From Phycisphaerae bacterium (GTDB lineage: Bacteria; Planctomycetota; Phycisphaerae; UBA1845): a stretch of 64,000 nucleotides of DNA. The translations under genes were made by a program, and so were the position numbers. A model generated the notes under the pieces. It had not been told where the DNA came from, did not search any database, and saw only the letters and a program-made list of their open reading frames with translations. Shown here piece by piece: positions 51,075 to 61,145 of this stretch. The stretch lies in the NCBI GenBank assembly GCA_963666835.2, contig CAXXGO010000006.1, positions 32,001-96,000 of the forward strand. Direction: 5' to 3'. How positions within the stretch are numbered: the first letter of the stretch is position 1; each line of letters starts with the position of its first letter.

Positions 51075-53798
51075 CTACTCGGTTAGGTCAGTTTCGAGCT
51101 GCGCTTCGGCCTCTCGCCATTGCTCTGCGGTGATGGCATCCAGCTCGCCTAATCTCTGCATGGAGACCCCCGTAAGCGACTTAGCCCATGCCTCTAGTTG
51201 TCCTGCCGTACCCTGCTTGGGCTGCGGGATTGGTTCCACCCAGGCCACCAAGTCGCTGGCTAGAAACATCCGGCGCCCGGCGACATCTGTGCTGACCGAC
51301 AGCAACCCCTGCGACGTTTTGAAGAGATCGCAGATGCGCTGGCTTGTGCCTAGGTCCCAGACGGTCACGGTACCCTCGGCAGAGCCGGCGATCAGAAAAC
51401 GTCCGTCATACAGAAACTCCAACCCAATGATGTTCTCGTTGTGCCGAAACTCAGCCCTCGAAATGTGCGGTTCCTCTGAGGCGGCATCAAACACCCGGAT
51501 ACACTCACCGTATGTAGCAACAAGCAGCTCACCGCTGGGATCGAGACGTATGCCCGCGAAATTCGATTCGATCCTCAGCGGCTCCCCCAACTGCGTCCCG
51601 TTAGCAACAGAATACCGAGTGATGGCCCCGTCGGCATTGCCGACAGCCAGAGTCGCCGCATCTTCGCTGAAGGCGAGCTTCGGCTCACTATCCGGCGGGA
51701 TCCGGTGCAGGGCAACCCGCCTCATAGTCCGCACTTCCCAGATCTCCACGGTACGATCCGTAGCAGTTGCAAGGTACGCACCGTTCCTGGAAACCTCTAT
51801 CGCCCTGACAGGACCGCTATGTGCCAGCGCGCTGTTTTGTCGCTGGACACCATCGGAAGCATTCCAGGACTTGACGGTGCCATCTTCGCTCACACCAAAC
51901 ACGTACTCGCTGTCGGAACCTGCGAATTCAACCATAGTCAAGTGTGGTGCGTCGCACAGTGCGGTGTCCTCTTTCCGCCAAGATCCTGCCCCTGGAGCCG
52001 CCATCCAGAAGTGAACTGTTCCGCTTCGGTCCACAGTCGCCAAGCGCGTGCCGCTCAAATCGAACGTGCCCGACGATACAATACCGCTCGCACCAGAGCC
52101 GCGGAGGACCTGCCGCTGCGCCGACGGCAACTCCCAGAACCGAGCCGTTCCGTCGTTGCAGCTTGTGAGCACGCCTTGCCCGTTCGCGCTGAACCGGGCG
52201 TCCCATACAGAGGACGGATGCCGGAGGAGTCTCACCTCCCTCGCTCCATCAAGATACTGGACACGTACGACACCGTCAGGCGCAGCAATAACCACGCAGC
52301 GCCCGTCAGACGAGAACCGCGCGCGGCGCACTTTAGCTCCCACTGTCAGCGGAATGCCAACCCGGCCACCCGTATCCGCGTTCCAGATGCTGATAACATC
52401 GTCTTCGTTGACGGTTAGAATCCTCTTACCCACGGGGTCGAAGACCGCAGACTGGACGGGTAGACCGTGGTCCAGTACGAAAGCTTCCTCTGCCTCGCCG
52501 GTTTCGGAGATGCTCCAGATTCTCGCCGTGCCGTCCGCGCTGGTGGTGACGATCCGTCCACCGTCGGGTGCGAACTGCACGGAAGTAAGTCGACCGTCGT
52601 GCCGAAGACGCTGCGGTTTGTGGTTCGGATCGGGCGACACCTCCCACACGCGCGCGTAGTGCGCGGCGTCCGGACCGACCGCGGGAGCGCACGTTACAAC
52701 CCGCGTACCGTCCGGACTTATGTTGGCGCTGAGCGTCCTCTTGTCGCATTCGAAATACCTGATCAGTTGAAACTCCCCGGCAGGGTCCTCGTCCCACACC
52801 TTCGCAATCCCGTCGAGTCCGGCCGTTAGCACCCGAGTACCGTCGGCCGATAACGCCGCTTGGATGATCACCGCGTCGTGCTGAAGCCGTTTCCCGATCG
52901 CCTTACATTCGACGGCATCCCACACCTGTCCAGTCTTGTCACGGCTTACGGTAATCGCTCGGCGGCCATCCGAAGACAGGACGATCTCGGTCACCGCATC
53001 GTTGTGGGTGGCCACGTGCAGCGGCCTGCTGTCCCCAGTCGTCCTCCAAAACGAAACGCGTCCGCTCAGATCGGCTGTCAGAACATTGGCATCCGGGGAC
53101 TTCGGCAACAGGGCCGCTGCTCGAACTGGTGCTTCATGGGCAATCATGCCCACAAGCCGTGGCACTCGGCGGGCGTAATCGGCCAAGCGCATGCGCTCCG
53201 CCGTCGATAGCACAATCCCCTCTTGCCCACCAAGCACAACCAGCGACCAGAGAGCTTCAACCGGCGGGCTGTCATCCGCATACGACAGGTACAAACTGCG
53301 CACTAGGGCTCGCGCCGAGGTAACCTGATCCTGGACCGTAGACAAGGTTCGTTCTGCAGCCTCCGTTGCCCTCGTGGCGATCTCTGTCTGCTCGAGAGCC
53401 CAATCTCTTGCCGTCGTTGCTTCATGTTCTTTCAGCTTGGCGAGGTTTGCGTCCGTTGTGAGTTTCACCTTCTCTGCAGTAAGAAGGTTCTGCTGCTCAA
53501 TGAACTTCGCTTCCTTTCCCTTGTATACAGAATGCTGCACGTACATTCCGTAGATAGCTGTTCCCGCCGTCACTAGTGCCAGAAGGACGCCCGAACGAAG
53601 ATGCACCGGTCGCGCCAACTCCACGCACTCAAACCAAGCTTTGAGCTTCTCGGCGTCCTCCCCGTTCGGCCGGTACTTCTGAAGATCGTCCTTGCGCATT
53701 CCGGTTCGAAACCACCTGGCCATACGTGCGGAACATGCGCGGAGTACCCGTGAGAAGTTCTTTCTTGTTTTCCGTGGCACGTTCTGCTTGTCGGCCAT
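51075..53798 (-). CDS. membrane-anchored WD40-repeat protein
   Basis: TM helix and coiled coil, then about 14 H...FSxDG...T.S.D.T..W repeats. Confidence 0.85.
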   Translation of the reverse strand: MADKQNVPRKTRKNFSRVLRACSARMARWFRTGMRKDDLQKYRPNGEDAEKLKAWFECVELARPVHLRSGVLLALVTAGTAIYGMYVQHSVYKGKEAKFIEQQNLLTAEKVKLTTDANLAKLKEHEATTARDWALEQTEIATRATEAAERTLSTVQDQVTSARALVRSLYLSYADDSPPVEALWSLVVLGGQEGIVLSTAERMRLADYARRVPRLVGMIAHEAPVRAAALLPKSPDANVLTADLSGRVSFWRTTGDSRPLHVATHNDAVTEIVLSSDGRRAITVSRDKTGQVWDAVECKAIGKRLQHDAVIIQAALSADGTRVLTAGLDGIAKVWDEDPAGEFQLIRYFECDKRTLSANISPDGTRVVTCAPAVGPDAAHYARVWEVSPDPNHKPQRLRHDGRLTSVQFAPDGGRIVTTSADGTARIWSISETGEAEEAFVLDHGLPVQSAVFDPVGKRILTVNEDDVISIWNADTGGRVGIPLTVGAKVRRARFSSDGRCVVIAAPDGVVRVQYLDGAREVRLLRHPSSVWDARFSANGQGVLTSCNDGTARFWELPSAQRQVLRGSGASGIVSSGTFDLSGTRLATVDRSGTVHFWMAAPGAGSWRKEDTALCDAPHLTMVEFAGSDSEYVFGVSEDGTVKSWNASDGVQRQNSALAHSGPVRAIEVSRNGAYLATATDRTVEIWEVRTMRRVALHRIPPDSEPKLAFSEDAATLAVGNADGAITRYSVANGTQLGEPLRIESNFAGIRLDPSGELLVATYGECIRVFDAASEEPHISRAEFRHNENIIGLEFLYDGRFLIAGSAEGTVTVWDLGTSQRICDLFKTSQGLLSVSTDVAGRRMFLASDLVAWVEPIPQPKQGTAGQLEAWAKSLTGVSMQRLGELDAITAEQWREAEAQLETDLTE

Positions 53799-54189
53799 CG
53801 TGTGGACCTTCGCTACGCTCGTGTCCTCGACACTACGGCGTCGTGGCGTTGGGTCTGCGCGTAGCTCACCGACCGGATAGATGAATCAGGCTTTGCATGC
53901 TCGCGACAAGTAATATTGTACACAGAGGCAAAAGCGTTGAAAACGCGTATTCTGCGCGTAGTGGCTTCCAGGTCATTGCCACTCCTCCGTAATTGTCCGA
54001 TTCTGGTGCAGGTTGAGGGGGACTTCGGGATGGACTGATGGGTGTATGAACTAGCCGGGCTGGTACGCGCGTTCAGGTTCACGTTGGCCACCATACGCGA
54101 CCGCTCCCGATGTCGCGGGCGTCCTCGGTCTGAGGTCGTTCGTCCCGGTTGTCCGGTCTGCCGCTCTCTGCTGAGCGAATGGGCCGCTA

Positions 54190-55236
54190 TCAGAAACGTC
54201 GGCCACGGAGTTTGTTTTGGAATAACCGCCCGGCCAGCTTGCGCATGTCGACCACCTCGTCCGTTTCGTCCACGATCTCCGTGCCCAGAAGCGTTTCGAT
54301 GACATCCTCGAGCGTGATGATGCCGGCCATGCCGCCGTGTTCGTCCACTGCCAGAAAGAGCTGGCCCCGGCGGTGGATGAACTCGTCGAGTACGTCATCG
54401 AGAGCGGCATGTTCGGGCACGGCATGGATGGGCCCGGCAAGTTGCTCCATCGTGCTGTTATCCCGCCCCTCGCGAACCGCCACGCCGATCTCGAACCGCA
54501 GTACGATCCCGATGACGTCATCGGGACCATCATCATACACGGGAATGCGCGCGAACTGCAACGGGGCGTGCTGGTCGAGGGCCTGCTGCGCCGTCATATC
54601 CTTGTGGAGCATGAGCACGACGGTCCGAGGGGTCATCACATCGCGCACTCGGGTCTTTCTCAACCTCAACAGGTTCTGAATGATGTGGTGTTCTTTCTTG
54701 TGCAGAGCGCCTTCGGTCTGCCCCAGTTCGGCCAGCAGGGCAAACTCCTCCCGCGTGATCTTCTGTTCATGTTTGCGGCCCAGGAGGTTCGAGAGAGCCT
54801 GAAACGCAACAACAAGCGGGTAGCTCAGATAGATCATGACCGTGATCGTGTACGCAGTGAATGAAGCCAGCTTACCTGCGTAGACCACGCCGAGCGTCTT
54901 GGGAATGATCTCGGAGAAGATCAGGATGAGCACGGTGAGGACGGCGCTTGTAACGGCGACCCACTCGTTGCCGAAGACGAGGTAGGACTGCGCCCCGACC
55001 CCGGCCGCACCGACTGTGTGAGCGATAGTGTTGAGCGTGAGAATGGCGGAGAGCGGGCGTTCGATGTTGTCCTTCATCCGCTCGAGCATCCGCCCGCTGG
55101 GCCGCCCGGCCTTGACGAGCGTGACCACGTGCGAGTGCGAAAGCGACAGCAACCCCGATTCCGTCAGCGAACACACGAACGACACGCCTATGGCAAGCAG
55201 CAGATACAGAACCAGAAGCATCTCCGGCGTGAACAT
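54190..55236 (-). CDS. CNNM (DUF21)/CBS domain protein
   Basis: SFVCSLTE, ILTLNTIAHTVGA, SEIIPKTLG, VMTPR, VDEHGG..GIITLEDVIE. Confidence 0.92.
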   Translation of the reverse strand: MFTPEMLLVLYLLLAIGVSFVCSLTESGLLSLSHSHVVTLVKAGRPSGRMLERMKDNIERPLSAILTLNTIAHTVGAAGVGAQSYLVFGNEWVAVTSAVLTVLILIFSEIIPKTLGVVYAGKLASFTAYTITVMIYLSYPLVVAFQALSNLLGRKHEQKITREEFALLAELGQTEGALHKKEHHIIQNLLRLRKTRVRDVMTPRTVVLMLHKDMTAQQALDQHAPLQFARIPVYDDGPDDVIGIVLRFEIGVAVREGRDNSTMEQLAGPIHAVPEHAALDDVLDEFIHRRGQLFLAVDEHGGMAGIITLEDVIETLLGTEIVDETDEVVDMRKLAGRLFQNKLRGRRF

Positions 55237-55680
55237 GCCCTGATTATTACGCGGCCTTCGGGCACAAGGCAACCACGGTCAGCACCTATCCTTATTCGGC
55301 TTGCTCGACGGCGAACTCTGAATCGCGCGGTCCACCTGGTACACCCCCTGCACACTTGGTAGCATGAATGCCGGTAGAAGGCGTGTGCAACACGTTCGGT
55401 CAAAAGCCCCTCTCGAGCAGTAGCCGTGAGCGGCGAAGGCCGCAGAAACGCCTATTGTAGTGGTCGCAACGCCTCTCAGTGGATTCTCGATCCCGACGTC
55501 GTGAAGGACTCAGACCGCTGCAAAGGGGTGCATCGCGCGCCGTTGCGGCAGGTCTCGTGCCTCGACCTGCCCTACGGGGTGACGACCAAGTGTCACGCAC
55601 TCTACCACGAATTCGCGCTGCTCAAAAGCAGCGGTACACCGGCCGGCGTCAAGGGTCTCGCGGCGACGGATCCTGCCGGG

Positions 55681-56331
55681 TTACGAAGCCGTCAAGGCCA
55701 GGCGGATAGCGGTATCGGAAGAGTCGCTCGATTCCTTCGGCGCTTTTTCCTGGCGTTTCTGGATCGCCCGATTACGAATGAAATCTTCCGGAGCGCTGGC
55801 GACCGCTTTGCGCCACGCCCGCCGCTCGGCCCGAGTGAGCAAGTCGGCCAGTTGGGGGCGAATGCGGTCGGCTTTGGACCGGGTTGACGGTTTGGTTCGC
55901 GGCACGCCGCCGTCACAGAGCCCGGAGTCCATAATCCTGGTCAGGATTCCGAACAGAACGCTTCCCATTTCGGGGGTGATGACCCCGAGGCGCACTTCGC
56001 GATAGAGGCGATCCATGGCGTCGCCCACCGCGCGCCGACTGGTAAGCTTGCGCAGATAACCGTCCGGCAGATTGGAAAGACGATGATGGCTGCGGCCGCC
56101 CTTGGCGGCGTTACTCTTGCGGCGTTCCGAGGTCATCGCCGGATCGTGGAAAGAGCAGTACTCCGACCCTTGCCGAATCCGCGCCCGACAGCGCCGCCCC
56201 GCCCGGGTGACCCCCGCACACCGCTTGTCAAACGGAAGCCGCTTCGTTCCCCCAGCGCGCCGACTCTCGGGTGTCGCGGCGGAGTCCCCATTGTCTGCCG
56301 ACTTGCCCGATAGCGTTTCCCAAAGCAGCAT
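55681..56331 (-). CDS. hypothetical protein with N-terminal CCCH-type zinc finger
   Basis: RCAGVTRAGRRC...YCSFH motif; GGAG RBS. Confidence 0.6.
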   Translation of the reverse strand: MLLWETLSGKSADNGDSAATPESRRAGGTKRLPFDKRCAGVTRAGRRCRARIRQGSEYCSFHDPAMTSERRKSNAAKGGRSHHRLSNLPDGYLRKLTSRRAVGDAMDRLYREVRLGVITPEMGSVLFGILTRIMDSGLCDGGVPRTKPSTRSKADRIRPQLADLLTRAERRAWRKAVASAPEDFIRNRAIQKRQEKAPKESSDSSDTAIRLALTAS

Positions 56332-56868
56332 GATCGTTCTCCCTTATTGGAGGGGGGCAAACCCCCGGCCACACGTACATACCGACGGGGCCTCCGTGCT
56401 GCGTCGGATTCTCTCCAGCCAAACCCGGCCGAGGGCACAAAACCAACACCGCCCTCACGTCACTTCGCCCCGGACTGCTCCATCCGGTCGGAAAGCTGAC
56501 ACGCCACTGACAGCAACTCCGAACGACAACGTGGCATCGACCTATCAGTGATTCTACGACCCCATCAACCCGCGGCAAGCCGTTATCAACCCGGCAAACC
56601 CGTCGGCGCCTGTGCGTAAACCACCAGATCGCTCACAACAACTTGACAGAACGTAACCTACGCAGCTTCTGTCAAACAACTGACAGATGCAACGACCGGC
56701 GGCCTCAACCGCCGGCATAGCTGCACGTGCGAGGGAGGAATCGCCTGATGGTCCCGCATCGATTATGCCGGACCTGACAAGCTCGGCGAACCGACCCCCG
56801 CGCGGAGCCGTGTTCCCATCATTAAATCGCTCTATCCGAGCCCGCGCCGGGCTCGGGCCGATCATCCG

Positions 56869-57705
56869 TCAACCGCCGTTCGCCTCGGCGGTTCGCGTAT
56901 CGGTAGTCAGTTCGTGGATTCGACGAGTGGCGAATCGAACATTGCTCTTGATGTCGGTTTCTTCCCGGACGACCGCCTGGTACAGCTCCAAAGCTCGATC
57001 CCGGTCGTGCAAGCGGTAATCATGTACGATCGCCGCCTGGAACCTGGCCGGATGCGGCGTGTTGGGATCCCACGTCCATGCCCGCTCGTACCACTTCACG
57101 GCCAGCAGCTCTTGCCCCCGCAGATACTCCTTGTGGATCTCCCCGCACATAAAGGCCGCGTCATCGATCTTGTCACTGTTGGGATACTGCTCGATCAACG
57201 CGCGAAAGACCTGGGCTGCTTCCACCATTTTCCTCTGCCGGTACAGCGCCGGGACGGAATGCCCCCCCTCGCGCATCAGCTTCAGCCCATCTTCGTAAAG
57301 GGCGTCGGCCTCCGCCAGGGACAGCTCGGGACGCAACGACTCACATGGTATTTCCGCATCGAGAACATACCGGAACGTCTTGACCGACTTGAGCCCCTTC
57401 AGCTCGAAAGCCGCCCAATTCTCTTTGTGGGCATAGCCGCGCCGCTTGTAGAACTCCCGAAGCTGTTCGAGCTTTTGATGGTATGCCACCCGATGCTCGA
57501 CGAGCGACTCGACCAAGTCAACCTCCTGCTGGTCCGTGAAGGCCATGTCCACCGCTTCCCTCGGGTGCGAAACGCGAGTTCTCGATGTTTCGGAGGGAGG
57601 CCGTTCGCTTATCCACATTCCGTCGACATTGCAGCCGGCGAGAACACAGCCCAGAAACACCACCAATACGGCGAGGTTCACCCGATTCAGAATGGCAGAG
57701 TACAT
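56869..57705 (-). CDS. TPR-containing lipoprotein
   Basis: Lipobox LAGC; YPNSDKIDDAAF; TPR-like helices. Confidence 0.8.
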   Translation of the reverse strand: MYSAILNRVNLAVLVVFLGCVLAGCNVDGMWISERPPSETSRTRVSHPREAVDMAFTDQQEVDLVESLVEHRVAYHQKLEQLREFYKRRGYAHKENWAAFELKGLKSVKTFRYVLDAEIPCESLRPELSLAEADALYEDGLKLMREGGHSVPALYRQRKMVEAAQVFRALIEQYPNSDKIDDAAFMCGEIHKEYLRGQELLAVKWYERAWTWDPNTPHPARFQAAIVHDYRLHDRDRALELYQAVVREETDIKSNVRFATRRIHELTTDTRTAEANGG

Positions 57706-57846
57706 GGCCTCTCCTTGGCTCCAGGGCGTGCGAATCCATTCCAGACTACTAAGGTGTATTATGCCGCGCGCAGCGCCGATGTCAAGGTAGGTTAACCGGG
57801 CGGTAGTGGTTCGCTTTGCAGCACAAGACGATCCTCGCCTGGCTGG

Positions 57847-58416
57847 CTAACCGACACAGGTGCTAAGTGGAGGGGGCTTGTTGCCGTCCCGATGAACAGC
57901 GCTGGACGCCGTGAGCCGCTCGGTCAACTGGGATTTAATCCGCTCGTTGAGCGCGAAAGAATACTTGGCCGTTACGAATACGACGGAAAAGAGCCATCCC
58001 AGCGGCGACCCAATCAGCAGGCGCATTGCTACCGCACGCGCCACCGATTGACGAAAATACGAGACCCTTTCTTGCTCTTCACGCGTCATCGCGGAAAACG
58101 CCGCCTCAACTCCCTTGTGATATTCGCTAGCGACTTGCATGGATTTCCGGGGCAGCAATAGCCATCGTCCCAGCGTGACGTTCTTACTGTCGCGAATAAG
58201 GGCCTCCATTGTCGATAGCACATCACGTACCGCATCGGTAAGCGGGATCCTCTTCGCAATGACATCATCAACCAATTCATCTCGCAGTACCCAGAGACGA
58301 TAGCGAAACAGGCTTCGCAAGCTGCGGGGAAGAATGAGAACCAGACAAGCCCACAACCCTGTAGATACCACCAGGAAAGTTATCAAAAGTAGTTGTGCTT
58401 GAGTATCCGCCATCAC
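57847..58416 (-). CDS. hypothetical membrane protein
   Basis: Two TM segments; start overlaps the upstream ORF stop. Confidence 0.6.
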   Translation of the reverse strand: MMADTQAQLLLITFLVVSTGLWACLVLILPRSLRSLFRYRLWVLRDELVDDVIAKRIPLTDAVRDVLSTMEALIRDSKNVTLGRWLLLPRKSMQVASEYHKGVEAAFSAMTREEQERVSYFRQSVARAVAMRLLIGSPLGWLFSVVFVTAKYSFALNERIKSQLTERLTASSAVHRDGNKPPPLSTCVG

Positions 58417-58766
58417 TACTTTGCCCCCAGCATGCTTGACTCAAGGAATGACCTCTCCAGTTCATCACAACGGCAACGAAGCCGCTGTAGTTCGCTCTTT
58501 TGCCTTTGATTCTTCAAAAGTAGTGCAACGATAACGCACAGGGCAGAGCCGCCACCCACCATTTGCCCGACAAGCTGACTTGCTTCGCTTGACACCAATG
58601 TTGTCTTGCCAGCCAGCAATCCGACACCCTCCTTCACGAAGTAAAGCGGGAGGCCAAATGACAACACGGTGAACACGCACGTAAGACCGTTAACGATGGA
58701 CTGTCGAAACTCGTATGCTCTCCGAATCTTCTCAAGCTCAACCTCATGTTTCGTGATCTTAGCCAT
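58416..58766 (-). CDS. hypothetical 2-TM protein with C-terminal coiled coil
   Basis: 116-aa ORF coupled to the next gene. Confidence 0.55.
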   Translation of the reverse strand: MAKITKHEVELEKIRRAYEFRQSIVNGLTCVFTVLSFGLPLYFVKEGVGLLAGKTTLVSSEASQLVGQMVGGGSALCVIVALLLKNQRQKSELQRLRCRCDELERSFLESSMLGAK

Positions 58767-59108
58767 GGGTCACTTATATGTACCACCGCGTGTTCATTAT
58801 CGCAATGTACTCGCCTACAGACTGCCGCCCAACGAAAAGCCATGCGCCGGGCGTCGAGAAGCGTCGTCGATGGCGTTAAGGTGCCGCGACGATATATAGG
58901 CACTCCCATGCATGGCAGCACTGCATGCAGTATATACGACCTTCTGGCAAATTCAAGCTGGATTTCTCGAATTCTTCACCCGGTGGATGTGGAATCCGCT
59001 CGACCATGCACGATATGCTGAACAGCCCGAGCCTGACGTTCTATCGCCCGAGGTAGCAGACAATCCCTGCTGGCTGAGGAGAACTCCATTCCCCCGGACC
59101 AGGGCCCG

Positions 59109-59849
59109 CTACCACTGAGCTTCCTCAAACAAGCCCAGGCGCGGCAACGCCTTGGCCGGGCGAGCCTTGATGATCGCCTTTGCCAGGCCTAGATCGGCCT
59201 TTCTGGTGATCTTCAGGTTGCTGGCGTCGGACAGGACCACCGAAACCGGGTTCCCGGCCAACTCGACCAGTTGAGCATCGTCGGTAACGTCGTCGTCCGT
59301 CTCGCCGAGCCGCTCATAAGCCGCGACGAGCAGCTCCTTGCGGAAAACCTGGGGAGTCTGAGCTTCGAAGAAGCCCGCGCGCGACACGGTTTCCTCGATC
59401 AGATTCGCTTTACTCACGCGCTTAACCGTTCCGGTGATCGGAGAGGCCAGGATCGCCGCACCACTCTTGACGGCCTCGGCGAAGACGCGATTGATCATGT
59501 CTTCGGTCACGCATGGTCGAGCGGCGTCATGCACGGCCACAAACTCGGCCTCTTCTCCCACCTCAGACAAGGCCCGCGCCACGGTTTCGCAGCGCCGGTC
59601 ACCGCCTTCGACGAGCTTGACCCCCATGAAACCGAGGTTGGGCCCGAAGGAGGTCTTCATCTTGTCGATGTCCTCCGGCGCTACGGCCAGGATCGTCTGG
59701 CAGACGTCTTCGCGGTTCACGAAATGCTGCAAGGTCTGGATGAACAGGGGTTTCCCGTCCAGCTTGGCAAAGGTCTTCCGCTCTCCCTTGCCCCCCCCGA
59801 ACCGCTCGCCTTTCCCGGCCGCCGGGACAATCACTGCATACTTCGCCAT
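59109..59849 (-). CDS. ispD: 2-C-methyl-D-erythritol 4-phosphate cytidylyltransferase
   Basis: IVPAAGKGERF, GGDRR, VHDAARP, QTPQVF, TDDA, NLKIT. Confidence 0.95.
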   Translation of the reverse strand: MAKYAVIVPAAGKGERFGGGKGERKTFAKLDGKPLFIQTLQHFVNREDVCQTILAVAPEDIDKMKTSFGPNLGFMGVKLVEGGDRRCETVARALSEVGEEAEFVAVHDAARPCVTEDMINRVFAEAVKSGAAILASPITGTVKRVSKANLIEETVSRAGFFEAQTPQVFRKELLVAAYERLGETDDDVTDDAQLVELAGNPVSVVLSDASNLKITRKADLGLAKAIIKARPAKALPRLGLFEEAQW

Positions 59850-59876
59850 AGCTGTTTTTATACCTCCCGGTGGTCT

Positions 59877-61037
59877 TTAGACCGTCGGCTTGTGGTGTGG
59901 CCGCGGGCGACGCCGTTCCGGGACGTCCGCCCCTACCAATCGCCCGAAGATCATCCGCCCGGCCGAGGTCTGCAGCACGCTCGTAACCGTCAAAGAGACC
60001 GTCTCGCCGAGCCGTTCTCGCGCCCCTTCGGCCACGACCATGGTACCGTCCTCCAGGTACCCGATTCCCTGCCCCGCTTCTTCGCCCGGCTTGACCACCT
60101 TTACGGACATTGCCTCACCGGGCAGTACGACCGGCTTGAGCGCGTTGGCCAGGTCGTTGATGTTGATAACCGTCACGCCGCGAACCTGAGCCACCTTGTT
60201 CAGGTTGTAATCATTGGTAACGACCTTGCCGCACAACTGCTTAGTCAGGTCCAGCAACATCTCGTCAACGGGGGTGTCCATGCCGCTGCGTTCCGGCCGG
60301 ACCTCCAGAACCTTGATGTCAACCTTCTCGTTAGTCTGGAGCTTGTTCAGCATATCCAGCCCGCGACGGCCCCGCGTGCGTTTCAGCTTGTCATTGCTGT
60401 CCGCAATGGTCTGCAGCTCTTGCAGGATGAACCGCGGAACGACCAGTTCCGAGTCGAGGACCCCCGTATTCGCGATGTCCGCGATACGTCCGTCCACGAT
60501 TACCGACGTGTCCAGGACCAGCGGCCTGGCACCCTTTGTTTCTTTGGCGAACTCCACGTAGGGGATAACAAAGCGTACGTCGTCCTTGGTTTGGAGAACG
60601 AAGCTAACGGCGAAGTAGCAGCAGACCACCCCTAAAGCCAACTTCAAGGCGCTGACCAATGAGGCCGTGCCGGGGTCGGTCAAGTCTCCCCCGGTAACGT
60701 TGGCCGCCACAAGCAGATCGACCACCAGGGACAACCCATACGAGATGACCATTCCCACCACGAGCCCGAAGAAGACTCCGGAAATCGCCGCCAGCGACTT
60801 ACGCGGAATGAAAATGTCCAGCGCTATCACGATCAGCCCGACGGCGGTGAACATAATCACGATCAGGTCGCGGTGCCCGGCCAGCACTTCCGTTGCGAAG
60901 CGCTCTTCAGAAGCCAGGCTGAACCCCACGGCCATCAGGATCAGCAGGAAGACCAACCGCAAGCCGATCATGAACAGCAGGCTCGTTCGCGTAGTCGCCG
61001 GAGCGTTCCCCGGCGGCATCATTGCATCAACACGCAT
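59877..61037 (-). CDS. PIN/TRAM domain membrane protein (YacL-like)
   Basis: LDTSVIVDGRI, RGRRGLD, TNDYNLNKVA, GYLEDGTMVV, QTSAGRMIF; conserved synteny with ispD. Confidence 0.92.
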   Translation of the reverse strand: MRVDAMMPPGNAPATTRTSLLFMIGLRLVFLLILMAVGFSLASEERFATEVLAGHRDLIVIMFTAVGLIVIALDIFIPRKSLAAISGVFFGLVVGMVISYGLSLVVDLLVAANVTGGDLTDPGTASLVSALKLALGVVCCYFAVSFVLQTKDDVRFVIPYVEFAKETKGARPLVLDTSVIVDGRIADIANTGVLDSELVVPRFILQELQTIADSNDKLKRTRGRRGLDMLNKLQTNEKVDIKVLEVRPERSGMDTPVDEMLLDLTKQLCGKVVTNDYNLNKVAQVRGVTVININDLANALKPVVLPGEAMSVKVVKPGEEAGQGIGYLEDGTMVVAEGARERLGETVSLTVTSVLQTSAGRMIFGRLVGADVPERRRPRPHHKPTV

Positions 61038-61145
61038 TAGATCTGCATTCCGAATACTGAGAAGGCGATCTCACAACCCATGCCCAACAAGCTATGAGTA
61101 TATCCGTGCTTGCAGCGTATTCCAACCGCCCGGCAAGCGTCGGTG

